Shown here in pieces: positions 40,967 to 54,375 of a stretch of DNA of 64,000 bases (position 1 is its first letter; each line of letters begins with the position of its first letter). The notes below the pieces were generated by a model. It did not search any database. It worked only from the letters and a program-made list of their open reading frames with translations, and was not told the DNA's origin. Location: NCBI GenBank assembly GCA_002269645.1, contig NIVC01000035.1:372001-436000 (forward strand). The letters are read 5' to 3'. The position numbers and the translations under genes were made by a program. The stretch comes from Macrostomum lignano. Lineage: Eukaryota.

Positions 40967-43900
40967 ATGCCGCCGAAGCCACCAGCTCCTGAGCTAAACT
41001 ACGACTCCCTTCCCCCGGAATGGTCGGACGACGAGGCCGTCTACCCGCTGTTCCAAGCCTTCAAGCGGCCTCGAGCAGTGGATCCGGACAGTTTCGATCG
41101 CAAAATGAAATTCTGGTCTCGCCTATTGCTGGCCTTCTGCAGGCGGAACCGCATTGCCGCTTTGTCCGCAGACGATCTGAGACGATTGTTTCGTAGAAAG
41201 TTTCCAAGCGTCGGTAGAGACTACGAGCCCGAGTGCTTGGGCGCCGTGCTGCATCAGATGCTGCTGGATCAGCGTGGTCGGGATTTCAAATCCACTGACG
41301 AAAATGACTGGCTGCTGGACCCGGCTGATGAGACGCAGAAGCAGCAGGGACTGGCTGGGAAGTGCGTACTTGACTTCTGATATAATATCCTGCTGACTCA
41401 CCTGACACCCGGTTGACTGACTCACCTGACACCTGAGTGACTGACTCACCTGACACCCGGATGACTGACTCACCTGACACCCGTATGACTGACTCACCTG
41501 ACACCTGAGTGACTGACTCACCTGACACCCGGATGACTGACTCTCCTGACACCTGAGTGACTGACTCTCCTGACACCCGGATGACTGACTCACCTGACGC
41601 CCGGATGACTGACTCACCTGACACCCGGATGACTGACTCACCTGACACCCGGATGACTGACTCACCTGACACCCGGATGACTGACTCACCTGACACTCGG
41701 ATGACTGACTCACCTGACACCCGGATGACTGACTCACCTGACACTCGGATGACTGACTCACCTGACACCCGGATGACTGACTCACCTGACACCCGGATGA
41801 CTGACTCACCTGACACCTGAGTGACTGACTCAGCTGACATCCGGATGACTGACTCACCTGACACCCGGATGACTGACTCACCTGACACCCGGATGACTGA
41901 CTCACCTGACACCCGGATGACTGACTCGCCTGACACCCGGATGACTGACTCACCTGACACCCGGATGACTGACTCATCAGCCCATGACGCCTTACTCATC
42001 TACTGACTCACCTGAATCGCCCAACGAACAATCGCAGGGTGACCGGCGCCGCCTATGATTGGCTGCTCCGTCGACCAATCGCGTACGCCTGGGGCACCTT
42101 CGTCTCCGGCTCGACTGCTGCCGAAATGCCAGCCAGCCTGCCCGACCGTCACGAGCTGGTTCACGCTGGAGTGTTGCGTAGCCTCATCGGGGAGGTGTTG
42201 AGCGGGTTGCAACAGGCGCAGGCTGCGGATCACGACTCTGCCGGCCACGAGACTGTGAGTGACCTGTCGTATGTGTTTGCTCACATGCCAGCATCCTAAT
42301 GATTTTAGACACGTTATTACTGACGTATTAGGACATTCTACTGACATCCTACTGACATATTAGTGACATTCTACTGACATCCTACTGACATATTAGTGAC
42401 ATCCTACTGACATATTAGTGACATTCTACTGACATATTAGTGACATTCTACTGACATATTACTGACATTCTACTGACATATTACTGACATTCTACTGACA
42501 TATAAGTGACTTTCTACTGACCTATTAGTGACATTCTACTGACCTATTAGTGACATTCTACTGACATATAAGTGACATTCTACTGACCTATTAGTGACAT
42601 TCTACTGACATATTAGTCACATTCAACTGACATATTAGTGACATTCTAATTACATTCTACTGACTCTCACTGACATTCTACTGACATCCTACTGACATAC
42701 TAGCAACATTCTTCTGACATTCTATTGACATAATAATGACATTCTAATGACGTTCTACTCACATCCTAATGACATTAGTCACATTCTACTGACATCCAAC
42801 TGACAGAATTGACGCGTTACTGACATCCTAATATTATATGTACGAGCGTATTATAAAAATTATTTTGTTAATTTCTTAAATCCAAACATTTCATTCCAGG
42901 ACCCAGCATCTCCGCCTCATCGTTTCGCTCCGAGTTTGAACGTGTGCAGGAAGCGGGATTTCGACCGCTATCTGGAGTCCCTGTGCCCTCATCAGCCTAC
43001 GAGGCGGCTTCTGGTGCAGCGGTTGATGTCTGACAGGCTGCTACACTCCAGAACTGTGCAGGTGCGGCTGTGCATTTCTTCTTCAAGTGATATTCTTGTT
43101 TCTTAACTTTTGTAATAGACATGACTAATACAATAAATAAGCAATCCTGCTATAAACCTTGGGCCTCTCAACTTTTTAACTATGGGTTTTATTAAATACC
43201 CTGAAGAATTAAAATAAACTGCCCTAAAAAACCTGAACCAACCCTGAACCAACTCTGAACCAACTTTGAACCAACCCTGAACCAACTCTGAACAAACCCT
43301 GAACCAACTCTGAACCAACTCTGAACCAACCCTGAACCAACTCTAAACCAACTCTGAACCAGCCCTGAACCAACCCTGAACCAACCCTGAACCAACTCTT
43401 AATCAACTCTGAACCAACCCTGAACCAACCCTGAAACAGCCCTGAACCAACTCTGAACCAACTCTAAACCAACTCTGAACCAGCCCTGAACCAACCCTGA
43501 ACCAACTCTGAAACAACTCTGAACCAGCCCTGAACCAACCCTGAACCAACTCTGAACCAGCCCTGAACCAACCCTGAACCAACTCTGAACCAACACTGAA
43601 CCAATCCTGAACCAACCCTGAACCAACACTTAATCAACTCTGAACCAACCCTGAACCAACTCTTAACCAACCCTGAACCAACCCTGAAACAGCCCTGAAC
43701 CAACTCTGAACCAACTCTGAACCAACTCTGAACCAACCCTGAACCAACTCTGAACCAACTTTGAACCAACCCTGAACCAACTCTGAACAAACCCTGAACC
43801 AACTCTGAACCAACTCTTAACCAACTCTTAACCAACCCTGAACCAGCCCTGAACCAACCCTGAACCAACTCTTAACCAACCCTGAACCAGCCCTGAACCA

Positions 43901-46900
43901 ACTCTGAACCAACCCTGAACCAAATCTTAACCAACCCTGAACCAACCCTAAACCAACTCTTAATCAACTCTGAACCAACCCTGAACCAACTCTGAACCAG
44001 CTCTGAACCAGCCCTGAACCAACCCTGAACCAACCCTGAACCAACCCTGAACCAACCCTGAACCAATCCTGAACCAATCCTGAACCAACTCTGAACCAAC
44101 TCTGAACCAACCCTGAACCAACTCTGAACCAACCCTGAACCAACTCTTAACCAACCCTGAACCAACCCTGAACCAGACCTGAACCAACCCTGAACCAGCC
44201 CTGAACCAACTCTGAACCAACCCTGAATCAACCCTGAACCAACTCTGAACCAACCCTGAATTAGCTCTGAATCAACCGTGAACCAACCCTGAATCAACCC
44301 TGAACCAACCCTGAATTAACTCTGAATCAACCGTGAACCAACCATGAACCAACCCTGAACCAACTCTGAACCAACCCTGAATCAACTCTGAATCAACCCT
44401 GAATCAACTCTGAATCAACTCTGAATCAACCGTGAACCAACACTGAGACAACCCTAAATCAACCCTGAACCAACCCTAAACCAACTCTAAACCAACCCTG
44501 AACCAACTCTGAACCAACCCTGAATCAACTCTGAATCAACTCTGAATCAACCGTGAACCAACCCTAAACCAACCCTGAACCAACCCTGAACTAACCCTGA
44601 ACCAGCCCTGAATCAACTCTGAATCAACTCTGAATCAACCGTGAACCAACCCTAAACCAACCCTGAACCAACCCTGAACTAACCCTGAACCAGCCCTGAA
44701 CCAACCCTGAACCCACACCCGAAGGTGGGTCGCGCGGGCTCCGAGGAGCTGCTGGTGTGGGCTCGGTCTGCTGACTGCCCCCTTACAGACGAGTCGGCCA
44801 TCTCGGCGGATGTGGCCACCGCCAACAGCATTCTGCACCTGGTGCACACCATCAAGACTCTCGAATCCGAGGAGCAACAGTTGAAGCTGCGAATATCGGC
44901 CGGCCGAGACGAGTGCAAACGCCTGCTCAGAGACGGTCGCAAAGACAAAGCTCTTGTTGTTATGCGACGGACCAAAGCGACTGAGACTCTGCTGGACGAG
45001 CGGAAACAGCAGCTGATGAATCTGGACCGGATGCTCATACAGGTTCAGATGGCTAACAGTAATAAGCAGGTGAGTAGCGGTGGCCTGAGTTTGCCCTCAA
45101 ACGCCAAAATTTTCCTAACGGCTCAAAATCAGTTTTGATCCTCCAAGAATCACCTCTGACCCCCAAGAATTGCCTCTGATCCTCATCCCCAATAATACTC
45201 TTTGGTCCTCCAAGAATCGCCTCTGATCCCCATCCCCAATAATCACCTTTGGTCCTCCAAGAATCGCCTCTGATCCCCATCCCCAATAATCACCTTTGGT
45301 CCTCCAAGAATCGCCTCTGATCCCCATCCCCAATAATACTCTTTGGTCCTCCAGGAATTGCCTCTGATCCCCATCCCCAATAATACTCTTTGGTCCTCCA
45401 GGAATTGCCTCTGATCCCCATCCCCAATAATACTCTTTGGTCCTCCAAGAATCGCCTCTGACCCTCATCCCCAATAATACTCTTTGGTCCTCCAAGAATT
45501 GCCTCTGATCCCCATCCCCAATAATCACCTTTGATCCTCCAAGACCCAATAAAAGAATCGCCTCTGACTCCAATAAAAGAATCGCCTCTGACCCAATAAA
45601 AGAATCGCCTCTGACCCAATAAAAGAATCGCCTCTGGTCCCTTTAAAGAACTGCCTCTGATCCCAATAAAGAATCGCCTCTGATCCCAATAAAAGAATCG
45701 CCTCTGACCCCAATAAAGAATCGCCTCTGATCCCAATAAAGAATCGCCTCTGACCCAATAAAAGAATCGCCTCTGACCCTAATAAAAGAATCGCCTCTGA
45801 CCCTAATAAAAGAATCGCCTCTGACCCAATAAAAGAATCGCCTCTGACCCAATAAAAGAATCGCCTCTGACCCAATAAAAGAATCGCCTCTGGTCCCTTT
45901 AAAGAATTGCCTCTGATCCCAATAAAGAATCGCCTCTGATCCCAATAAAAGAATCGCCTCTGACCCCAATAAAGAATCGCCTCTGATCCCAATAAAGAAT
46001 CGCCTCTGACCCAACAAATGAATCGCCTCTGACCCAATAAAAGAATCGCCTCTGACCCAATAAAAGAATCGCCTCTGACCCAATAAAAGAATCGCCTCTG
46101 ATCCCAATAAAAGAATCGCCTCTGACCCCAATAAAGAATCGCCTCTGATCCCAATAAAGAATCGCCTCTGACCCAATAAAAGAATCGCCTCTGATCCCAA
46201 TAAAGAATCGCCTCTAACCCAACAAATGAATCGCCTCTGACCCAATAAAAGAATCGCCTCTGACCCAATAAAAGAATCGCCTCTGACCCAATAAAAGAAT
46301 CGCCTCTGACCCAATAAAAGAATCGCCTCTGATCCCAATAAAGAATCGCCTCTGATCTCAATAAAGAATCGCCTCTGACTCCAATAAAAGAATCGCCTCT
46401 GACTCCAATAAAAGAATCGCCTCTGACCCAATAAAAGAATCGCCTCTGACCCTAGTAAAAGAATCGCCTCTGACCCAATAAAAGAATCGCGTCTGACCCA
46501 ATAAAAGAATCGCCTCTGACCCTAATAAAAGAATCGCCTCTGACCCAATAAAAGAATCGCCTCTGACCCAATAAAAGAATCGCCTCTGGTCCCTTTAAAG
46601 AATTGCCTCTGATCCCAATAAAGAATCGCCTCTGATCCCAATAAAAGAATCGCCTCTGACCCCAATAAAGAATCGCCTCTGATCCCAATAAAAGAATCGC
46701 CTCTGATCCCAATAAAAGAATCGCCTCTGACCCCAATAAAGAATCGCCTCTGATCCCAATAAAAGAATCGCCTCTGACCCAATAAAAGAATCGCCTCTGA
46801 CTCCAATAAAAGAATCGCCTCTGACCCAATAAAAGAATCGCCTCTGACCCAATAAAAGAATCGCCTCTGACCCAATAAATGAATCGCCTCTGACCCAATA

Positions 46901-49877
46901 AAAGAATCGCCTCTGACCCAATAAAAGAATCGCCTCTGACCCAATAAAAGAATCGCCTCTGACCCAATAAAGAATTGCCTCTGATCCCAATAAAGAATCG
47001 CCTCTGATTCCAATAAAAGAATCGCCTCTGACCCCAATAAAGAATCGCCTCTGATCCCAATAAAAGAATCGCCTCTGATCCCAATAAAAGAATCGCCTCT
47101 GACCCCAATAAAGAATCGCCTCTGATCCCAATAAAAGAATCGCCTCTGACCCCAATAAAGAATCGCCTCTGATCCCAATAAAGAATCGCCTCTGACCCAA
47201 TAAATGAATCGCCTCTGACCCAATAAAAGAATCGCCTCTGACCCAATAAAAGAATCGCCTCTGACCCAATAAAAGAATCGCCTCTGACCCAATAAAAGAA
47301 TCGCCTCTGACCCTAATAAAAGAATCGCCTCTGATCCCAATAAAAGAATCGCCTCTGACCCCAATAAAAGAATCGCCTCTGATCCCAATAAAAGAATCGC
47401 CTATGATCCCAATAAAGAATCGCCTCTGACCCAATAAAAGAATCGCCTCTGACCCAATAAAAGAATCGCCTCTGACCCAATAAAAGAATCGCCTCTGACC
47501 CAATAAAAGAATCGCCTCTGACCCTAATAAAAGAATCGCCTCTGATCCCAATAAAAGAATCGCCTCTGATCCCAATAAAAGAATCGCCTCTGACCCCAAT
47601 AAAAGAATCGCCTCTGATCCCAATAAAAGAATCGCTTCTGATCCCAATAAAAGAATCGCCTCTGACCCCAATAAAGAATCGCCTCTAACCCAATAAAAGA
47701 ATCGCCTCTGACTCCAATAAAAGAATCGCCTCTGACCCAATAAAAGAATCGCCTCTGACTCCAATAAAAGAATCGCCTCTGACCCAATAAAAGAATCGCC
47801 TCTGACCGAAAAAAAGAATCGCCTCTGACCCCAATAAAGAATCGCCTCTGATCCCAATAAAGAATCGCCTCTGACCCAATAAATGAATCGCCTCTGACCC
47901 AATAAAATAATCGCCTCTGACCCAATAAAAGAATCGCCTCTGACCCAATAAAAGAATCGCCTCTGACCCAATAAAAGAATCGCCTCTGACCCTAATAAAA
48001 GAATCGCCTCTGATTCCAATAAAAGAATCGCCTCTGACCCCAATAAAAGAATCGCCTCTGATCCCAATAAAAGAATCGCCTCTGACCCCAATAAAAGAAT
48101 CGCCTCTGATCCCAATAAAAGAATCGCCTATGATCCCAATAAAGAATCGCCTCTGACCCAATAAAAGAATCGCCTCTGACCCAATAAAAGAATCGCCTCT
48201 GACCCAATAAAAGAATCGCCTCTGACCCAATAAAAGAATCGCATCTGACCCAATAAAAGAATCGCCTCTGACCCTAATAAAAGAATCGCCTCTGATCCCA
48301 ATAAAAGAATCGCCTCTGACCCCAATAAAAGAATCGCCTCTGATCCCAATAAAAGAATCGCCTCTGACTCCAATAAAAGAATCGCCTCTGATCCCAATAA
48401 AAGAATCGCCTCTGACCCCAATAAAAGAATCGCCTCTGATCCCAATAAAAGAATCGCCTCTGACTCCAATAAAAGAATCGCCTCTGACCCAATAAAAGAA
48501 TCGCCTCTGACCCTAATAAAAGAATCGCCTATGATCCCAATAAAGAATCGCCTCTGACCCAATAAAAGAATCGCCTCTGACCCAATAAAAGAATCGCCTC
48601 TGACCCAATAAAAGAATCGCCTCTGACCCAATAAAAGAATCGCCTCTGACCCAATAAAAGAATCGCCTCTGACCCTAATAAAAGAATCGCCTCTGATCCC
48701 AATAAAAGAATCGCCTCTGACCCCAATAAAAGAATCGCCTCTGATCCCAATAAAAGAATCGCTTCTGATCCCAATAAAAGAATCGCCTCTGACCCCAATA
48801 AAGAATCGCCTCTGACCCAATAAAAGAATCGCCTCTGACTCCAATAAAAGAATCGCCTCTGACCCAATAAAAGAATCGCCTCTGACTCCAATAAAAGAAT
48901 CGCCTCTGACCCAATAAAAGAATCGCCTCTGACCGAATAAAAGAATCGCCTCTGACCCAATAAAAGAATCGCCTCTGACCCAATAAATGAATCGCCTCTG
49001 ACCCAATAAAAGAATCGCCTCTGACCCAATAAAAGAATCGCCTCTGACCCAATAAAAGAATCGCCTCTGACCCAATAAAAGAATCGCCTCTGACCCAATA
49101 AATGAATCACCTCTGACCCAATAAAAGAATCGCCTCTGACCCAATAAATGAATCGCCTCTGACCCAATAAAAGAATCGCCTCTGACCCAATAAAAGAATC
49201 GCCTCTGACCCAATAAATGAATCGCCTCTGACCCAATAAATGAATCGACTCTGACCCAATAAATGAATCGACTCTGACCCAATAAAAGAATCGCCTCTGA
49301 CCCAATAAAAGAATCGCCTCTGACCCAATAAATGAATCGCCTCTGACCCAATAAATGAATCGCCTCTGACCCAATAAATGAATCGCCTCTGACCCAATAA
49401 AAGAATCGCCTCTGACCCAATAAAAGAATCGCCTCTGACCCCATGTAAAATCACCCTGCCCCGCAGGTGCTGGACGCATTCAAGGTCACCAGAGACTGGT
49501 TCAAAACCTCGCAAGCAGCGGAGGCTGACTCTCACGAGGCCGCTCACGAAGCTCTGGGCGAAATTCGCGACGTCCTCGACGAGCAGCGCGAATTGGCTGA
49601 CGCCCTCGCCTACTCGCCTGGCGCTGAAGGCCTGGACGATAGCGAGCTGGAGTCCGAGCTGGACAAGCTGCTTTTAGAAGAAGCGGAACAGCCAGACTCT
49701 GCAGCCGGCAATTCTACTAAGCGGAAGAAGCCGGCAGCGGCCGACGCCGAATTGGATGCCAAATTTTCCGAACTCGACGTTGACAGCCTGCAGCTGCCCG
49801 ACGTGTCCGACCTGCCGCTGCCGCACAGCCCCAACGTGTCCCTTGACGAGTTGAAGAAGCGACTGCAGGCGCTTTGA
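40967..49877 (+). CDS. CHMP7: Charged multivesicular body protein 7 (ESCRT-II/III hybrid, ~509 aa)
   Basis: Exons 40967-41361, 42038-42254, 42900-43061, 44725-45069, 49467-49877 sum to 1530 nt with consistent phases. N-terminal LPPEWSDDEAVYPLFQAFKRPRAVDPDSFDRKMKFWSRLL is the CHMP7 winged-helix signature. Followed by an Snf7-like coiled coil (GRKDKAL..NLDRML..QVLDAFK) and an acidic tail. Confidence 0.93.
41385..42016. repeat. 24-bp minisatellite (ggatgactgactcacctgacaccc), CHMP7 intron 1
   Basis: About 26 units. Confidence 0.96.
42315..42830. repeat. 11/22-bp degenerate repeat (ctactgacatattagtgacatt), CHMP7 intron 2
   Basis: Recurring tgaca every ~11 bp. Confidence 0.88.
43228..44712. repeat. 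10-bp tandem repeat (ctgaaccaac/cctgaaccaa), CHMP7 intron 3
   Basis: About 148 units, running up to ~12 bp before the acceptor. Confidence 0.96.
45135..45545. repeat. 47-bp minisatellite, 5' part of CHMP7 intron 4
   Basis: cctcca recurs at 45301 and 45348. Shares gaatcgcctctga..cccaata with the downstream 23-mer. Confidence 0.92.
45545..49442. repeat. 22-24-bp minisatellite (aataaaagaatcgcctctgaccc), CHMP7 intron 4
   Basis: About 165-170 units, nearly all containing AATAAA on the sense strand. Confidence 0.97.
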
Positions 49878-49959
49878 GCTGCCGTGTTGGGTTTGATCGG
49901 ATGCTCAGCACTCATTCACTTCACTTCTGGCTTGGCTTTTGCTTCCTTCTTGATCTCCA

Positions 49960-49987
49960 CCTCCCCTCTCCCTCTCTTCCACTCCCC

Positions 49988-50020
<33 letters not shown>

Positions 50021-50053
50021 CTCTCCCTCTCCCCTCCCTCTCTTCCACTCCCC

Positions 50054-50088
<35 letters not shown>

Positions 50089-50121
50089 CTCTCCCTCTCC
50101 CCTCCCTCTCTTCCACTCCCC

Positions 50122-50158
<37 letters not shown>

Positions 50159-50194
50159 CTCTCCCTCTCCCCTCCCTCTCTTCCACTCCCCCTT

Positions 50195-50226
<32 letters not shown>

Positions 50227-50258
50227 CTCTCCCTCTCCCCTCCCTCTCTTCCACTCCC

Positions 50259-50316
<58 letters not shown>

Positions 50317-50575
50317 CCCTCTCCCCTCCCTCTCTTCCACTCCCCCTTTCTCCCCTCTCCCACTCTCCCCCTCTCCCTCTCCCTCTCTCCCTCTCCTTCT
50401 CCCTCTCTCCCTCTCCTTCTCCCTCTCTTCCACTCCCCTGTCTCCCCTCTCTCCCACTCTCCCTCTCCCACTCTCCCTCTCCCTCTGTCCCTCTCCCTCT
50501 TCCTTTCTCTCTCTCTCTCTTCCTCTTTCCCTCCCTCTCCCTCTCTCACTCTCTCCCTCCACTCTCCAGCTCTCA
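49960..50575. repeat. CT-rich compound microsatellite 3' of CHMP7
   Basis: (ct)n blocks alternating with ctcttccactccccctttct. Confidence 0.93.
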
Positions 50576-51104
50576 TTTAGCTCTGCTTGCTTGTCCCTAG
50601 TCCCTCTCTTAAATTTCCTCTTTACATTTCTCATTGCTGTGTAAGCAGGCGTTAACTTTGTAGAGCGTGCGCACCATCGATAATTAATAGTCGGGGATAC
50701 ATCAGTGAATAAACAGATTCACAAATTTCATGTTCATGCTTGATGGATCCAGCACTCCATTCTAAACTAATAATAAACTGGCCCGGATCGTTTAATCCAG
50801 AAAAATGTTTCTAATTTTGTTCCTGTTCCACTGTGTAGGCACATCTACAATCGCAATTGTTATTTCTTATAAAAACTTAATTAAATACTCCTACTTTAAG
50901 TAGGCTAGAAAAATGCGCGTAAATTATTTTTTTCTGTTTTCGAACCCAACAGTGATTAAGTATAACAAATAAATATTCAGTCAGTTGGTCAACTGCGCAC
51001 TATTAATTTTTTGCGCTAAAGCCAATTAAAAATGTACAAAACTGAAATTTCACTACTGACTTCCATCACTACTGAAATCACTGCAGCCGCCTTGCTGGAC
51101 AAGC

Positions 51105-51742
51105 CAATTCAATTAGGGGATTTATTAGCCAATTCAACTAGGGGATTAATTAGCCAATTTAACTATGGGATTAATTAGCCAATTCAACTAGGGGATTAAT
51201 TAGCCAATTCAATAAGGAGATTTATTAGCCAATTCAATTAGGAGATTTATTAGCCAATTCAATTAGGGGATTTATTAGCCAATTAAATTAGGGGATTCAT
51301 TAGCCAATTAAATTAGGGGATTCATTAGCCGATTCAATTAGGGGATTCATTAGCCAATTAAATTAGGGGATTCATTAGCCGATTCAATTAGGGGATTCAT
51401 TAGCCAATTCAATTAGGGGATTCATTAGCCAATTCAATTAGGGGATTTATTAGCCAATTCAATTAGGGGATTCATTAGCCAATTCAATTAGGGGATTCAT
51501 TAGCCAATTCAATTAGGGGATTCATTAGCGAATTCAATTAGGGGATTCATTAGCCAATTCAATTAGGGGATTCATTAGCCAATTAAATTAGGGGATTCAT
51601 TAGCCAATTAAATTAGGGGATTCATTAGCCAATTCGATTGGGGGATTCATTAGCCAACTTAATTAGGGGATTCATTAGCCAATTCGATTGGGGGATTCAT
51701 TAGCCAACTTAATTAGGGGATTCATTAGCCAATTCAATTAAA
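51105..51742. repeat. 25-bp minisatellite (ccaattcaattaggggattcattag)
   Basis: About 25 units. Confidence 0.95.
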
Positions 51743-52599
51743 ATATTCATCAGTTACTAGAAATATGAGTTTAGCATAGGCGACCATGCTTTGGTGGAGC
51801 TATCCGATTCAGATGTAATCAGGGATATCCGTGTATTCGCCATTGTGTGCCGGCAAGAGACATATTGCTTGTCTATTTTTACATCTCGTAATCACTTGAA
51901 ATTTACGAAAAGGAATGTTCGTTGGCAGTGACTAATTGAATCTACTTATCCTAGGAAATATAATTGAAGCCAGAATGAAGCTGTGTTCAGCTGCAGAACC
52001 TAAAATTCTAGTTCCGGCTGTTACAACACAACGCAACCAACAACGTGCAATGACTTGTTCTCCATGTCATGTCAATGGCGATGAGTATTGCACATTGATG
52101 CTTACCAGCAACGGAAGTATAGGGTTGGATCCTGGTGAAGCTATACTATTTTTGTCAAATATTGTTACGGATAATATTCTCATATCATTTGGACCTACTC
52201 CCGTGCGAACCTCCTTCCTTCAACATTCTTGTTTCAGTGAGTTCTCAGCCGATCTATGATGAGATTGAAAATATTCTAGTTTCACCTCCACCACAACCTC
52301 ACCTCCACCTAAACCACAACCTCGACCACAACCTCAGCCTCAACCACCAACTGCACAACCACATTGGCAAGCATATCCAAAGCGTAACGTCTGTAAAGGT
52401 TTCTGCAACTGCTTCAAAAGCAGAAATTGCGCCTGGTCTTTGGTTGCATTTCTTCTTCATTTGCTGTTGGCCTGTTGTCTGACATTGACCGTAGTGCTTT
52501 TTGGCCCGCTGCGGCTGTTAAAGGATAATGGACTGGTGAGCTGACACTGAAAATGGTAAAAGAAAGGTATTTTAGGCGAAAGAAAATATATTTTCAGCT

Positions 52600-53712
52600 A
52601 AAAATTCTGCAAATTCTAGATAATAAATTCTGAGATTCTTGGCAGAAAATTCTGTAGATTCTGGGCAGAAAATTCGGCAGCTTCTAGGCAGAAAATTTGG
52701 CAGCTTCTGGGCAGAAAATTCTGTAGATTCTGGGCAGAAAATTTGGCAGATTCTATGCAGAAAATTCGGCAGATTCTGGGCAGAAAATTTGGCAGCTTCT
52801 GGGCAGAAAATTCGGCAGATTCTGGGCAGAAGTACTGCAGATTCTGGGCAGAAAATTTGGCAGATTCTGGGCAGAAAATTTGGCAGATTCTATGCAGAAA
52901 ATTCGGCAGATTCTGGGCAGAAAATTTGGCAGATTCTGGGCAGAAGTACTGCAGATTCTGGGCAGAAAATTTGGCAGATTCTGGGCAGAAAATTCGGCAG
53001 CTTCTAGGCAGAAAATTTGGCAGCTTCTGGGCAGAAGTACTGCAGATTCTGGGCAGAAAATTCGGCAGATTCTGGGCAGAAAATTCGGCAGATTCTGGGC
53101 AGAAAATTCGGCAGATTCTGGGCAGAAAATTCGGCAGATTCTGGGCAGAAAATTCGGCAGCTTCTGGGCAGAAAATTTGTCAGATTCTGGGCAGAAACTT
53201 CTGTAGATTCTGGGCAGAAGTACTGCAGATTCTGGGCAGAAAATTTGGCAGATTCTGGGCAGAAGTACTGCAGATTCTGGGCAGAAAATTTGGCAGATTC
53301 TGGGCAGAAGTACTGCAGATTCTGGGCAGAAAATTTGGCAGATTCTGGGCAGAAAATTCGGCAGCTTCTGGGCAGAAAATTTGGCAGATTCTGGGCAGAA
53401 AATTTGGCAGATTCTGGGCAGAAAATTCGGCAGATTCTGGGCAGAAAATTCGGCAGATTCTGGGCAGAAAATTCGGCAGATTCTGGGCAGAAAATTCGGC
53501 AGATTCTGGGCAGAAAATTCGGCAGATTCTGGGCAGAAAATCGGCAGCTTCTGGGCAGAAAATTCTGTAGATTCTGGGCAGAAAATTTGGCAGATTCTGG
53601 GCAGAAAATTCGGCAGATTCTGGGCAGAAGTACTGCAGATTCTGGAAAGAAAATTCGGCAGATTCTTGGTATAAAATTTAAGTAGTTTCAAAGCAGAAAC
53701 TTCGGCAGATTC
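52600..53712. repeat. 23-bp minisatellite (gggcagaaaattcggcagattct)
   Basis: About 48 units. Paralogous to 57440-58130. Confidence 0.95.
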
Positions 53713-54375
53713 ATTGCAATGAGGGGGATAGACTTGGGATTGAGAATTGAAAATTCAGGAAAGAGAGGAAGAAAGATTCATGGGGGAGGGGCAAAAATGA
53801 AGGTAATTATGGACAGACATAGCAGACCAACGCTAATTATGTGCTGTTCCTGATTCATCAGCTAATTACCTACGTGCCTACGTGTATTCAGTAACTATAG
53901 AAAACTCCTCCCACACCAACATGGCACAGGTACGAGTATCACAAGAGTGGATCAACTTGTCGTCGAAATTCGAGTCTACAACCCCATGGTTCGTGACTGT
54001 AAGTTCATTTGCTAGACAAATGAAATGCTTACATGTACTCGAAATTAACGTCTATATTAGGATATTTTCTTGGCCTGAAGCCGAACTTCCATATTTTCTG
54101 GCGTACATTTATTTATAGCCAGCTAGTTATTTTTGCGAGATGTTTTTTTTTGAAAGACGATTCTACGAGCGTAATTGTTGTAAACATGAAACCGTGGCTC
54201 TCTGCCTGCGTACGCGATGTGGTTCCTAATTATTAATCTAGAATATACACATGCACATAAATCTATATTTAGTCATTTGTTTCATACTGTTTATAACACA
54301 CTTACTTAATTAAAGTGCGAAGGTAGAGAGTGGAAGTAGAGGAAATTGAGGTAGAGGGCGGGGTAGAGGGGCGGT

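Noticed and set aside
14520-42016. Short TF motifs in other arrays (GATAA, TGTGGT, ATCGAT/TATCGATA, TGACTCA)
   Set aside because: Any 20-60-bp unit is likely to contain some 5-8-bp motif by chance. Only the longer IR1 and TALE matches were kept.
33044-49547. Long RQTD, MLERMLEC, SQSSGCQV, VQGWFR and GSEAILL ORFs
   Set aside because: All are products of intronic or intergenic tandem repeats, several antisense to real genes.
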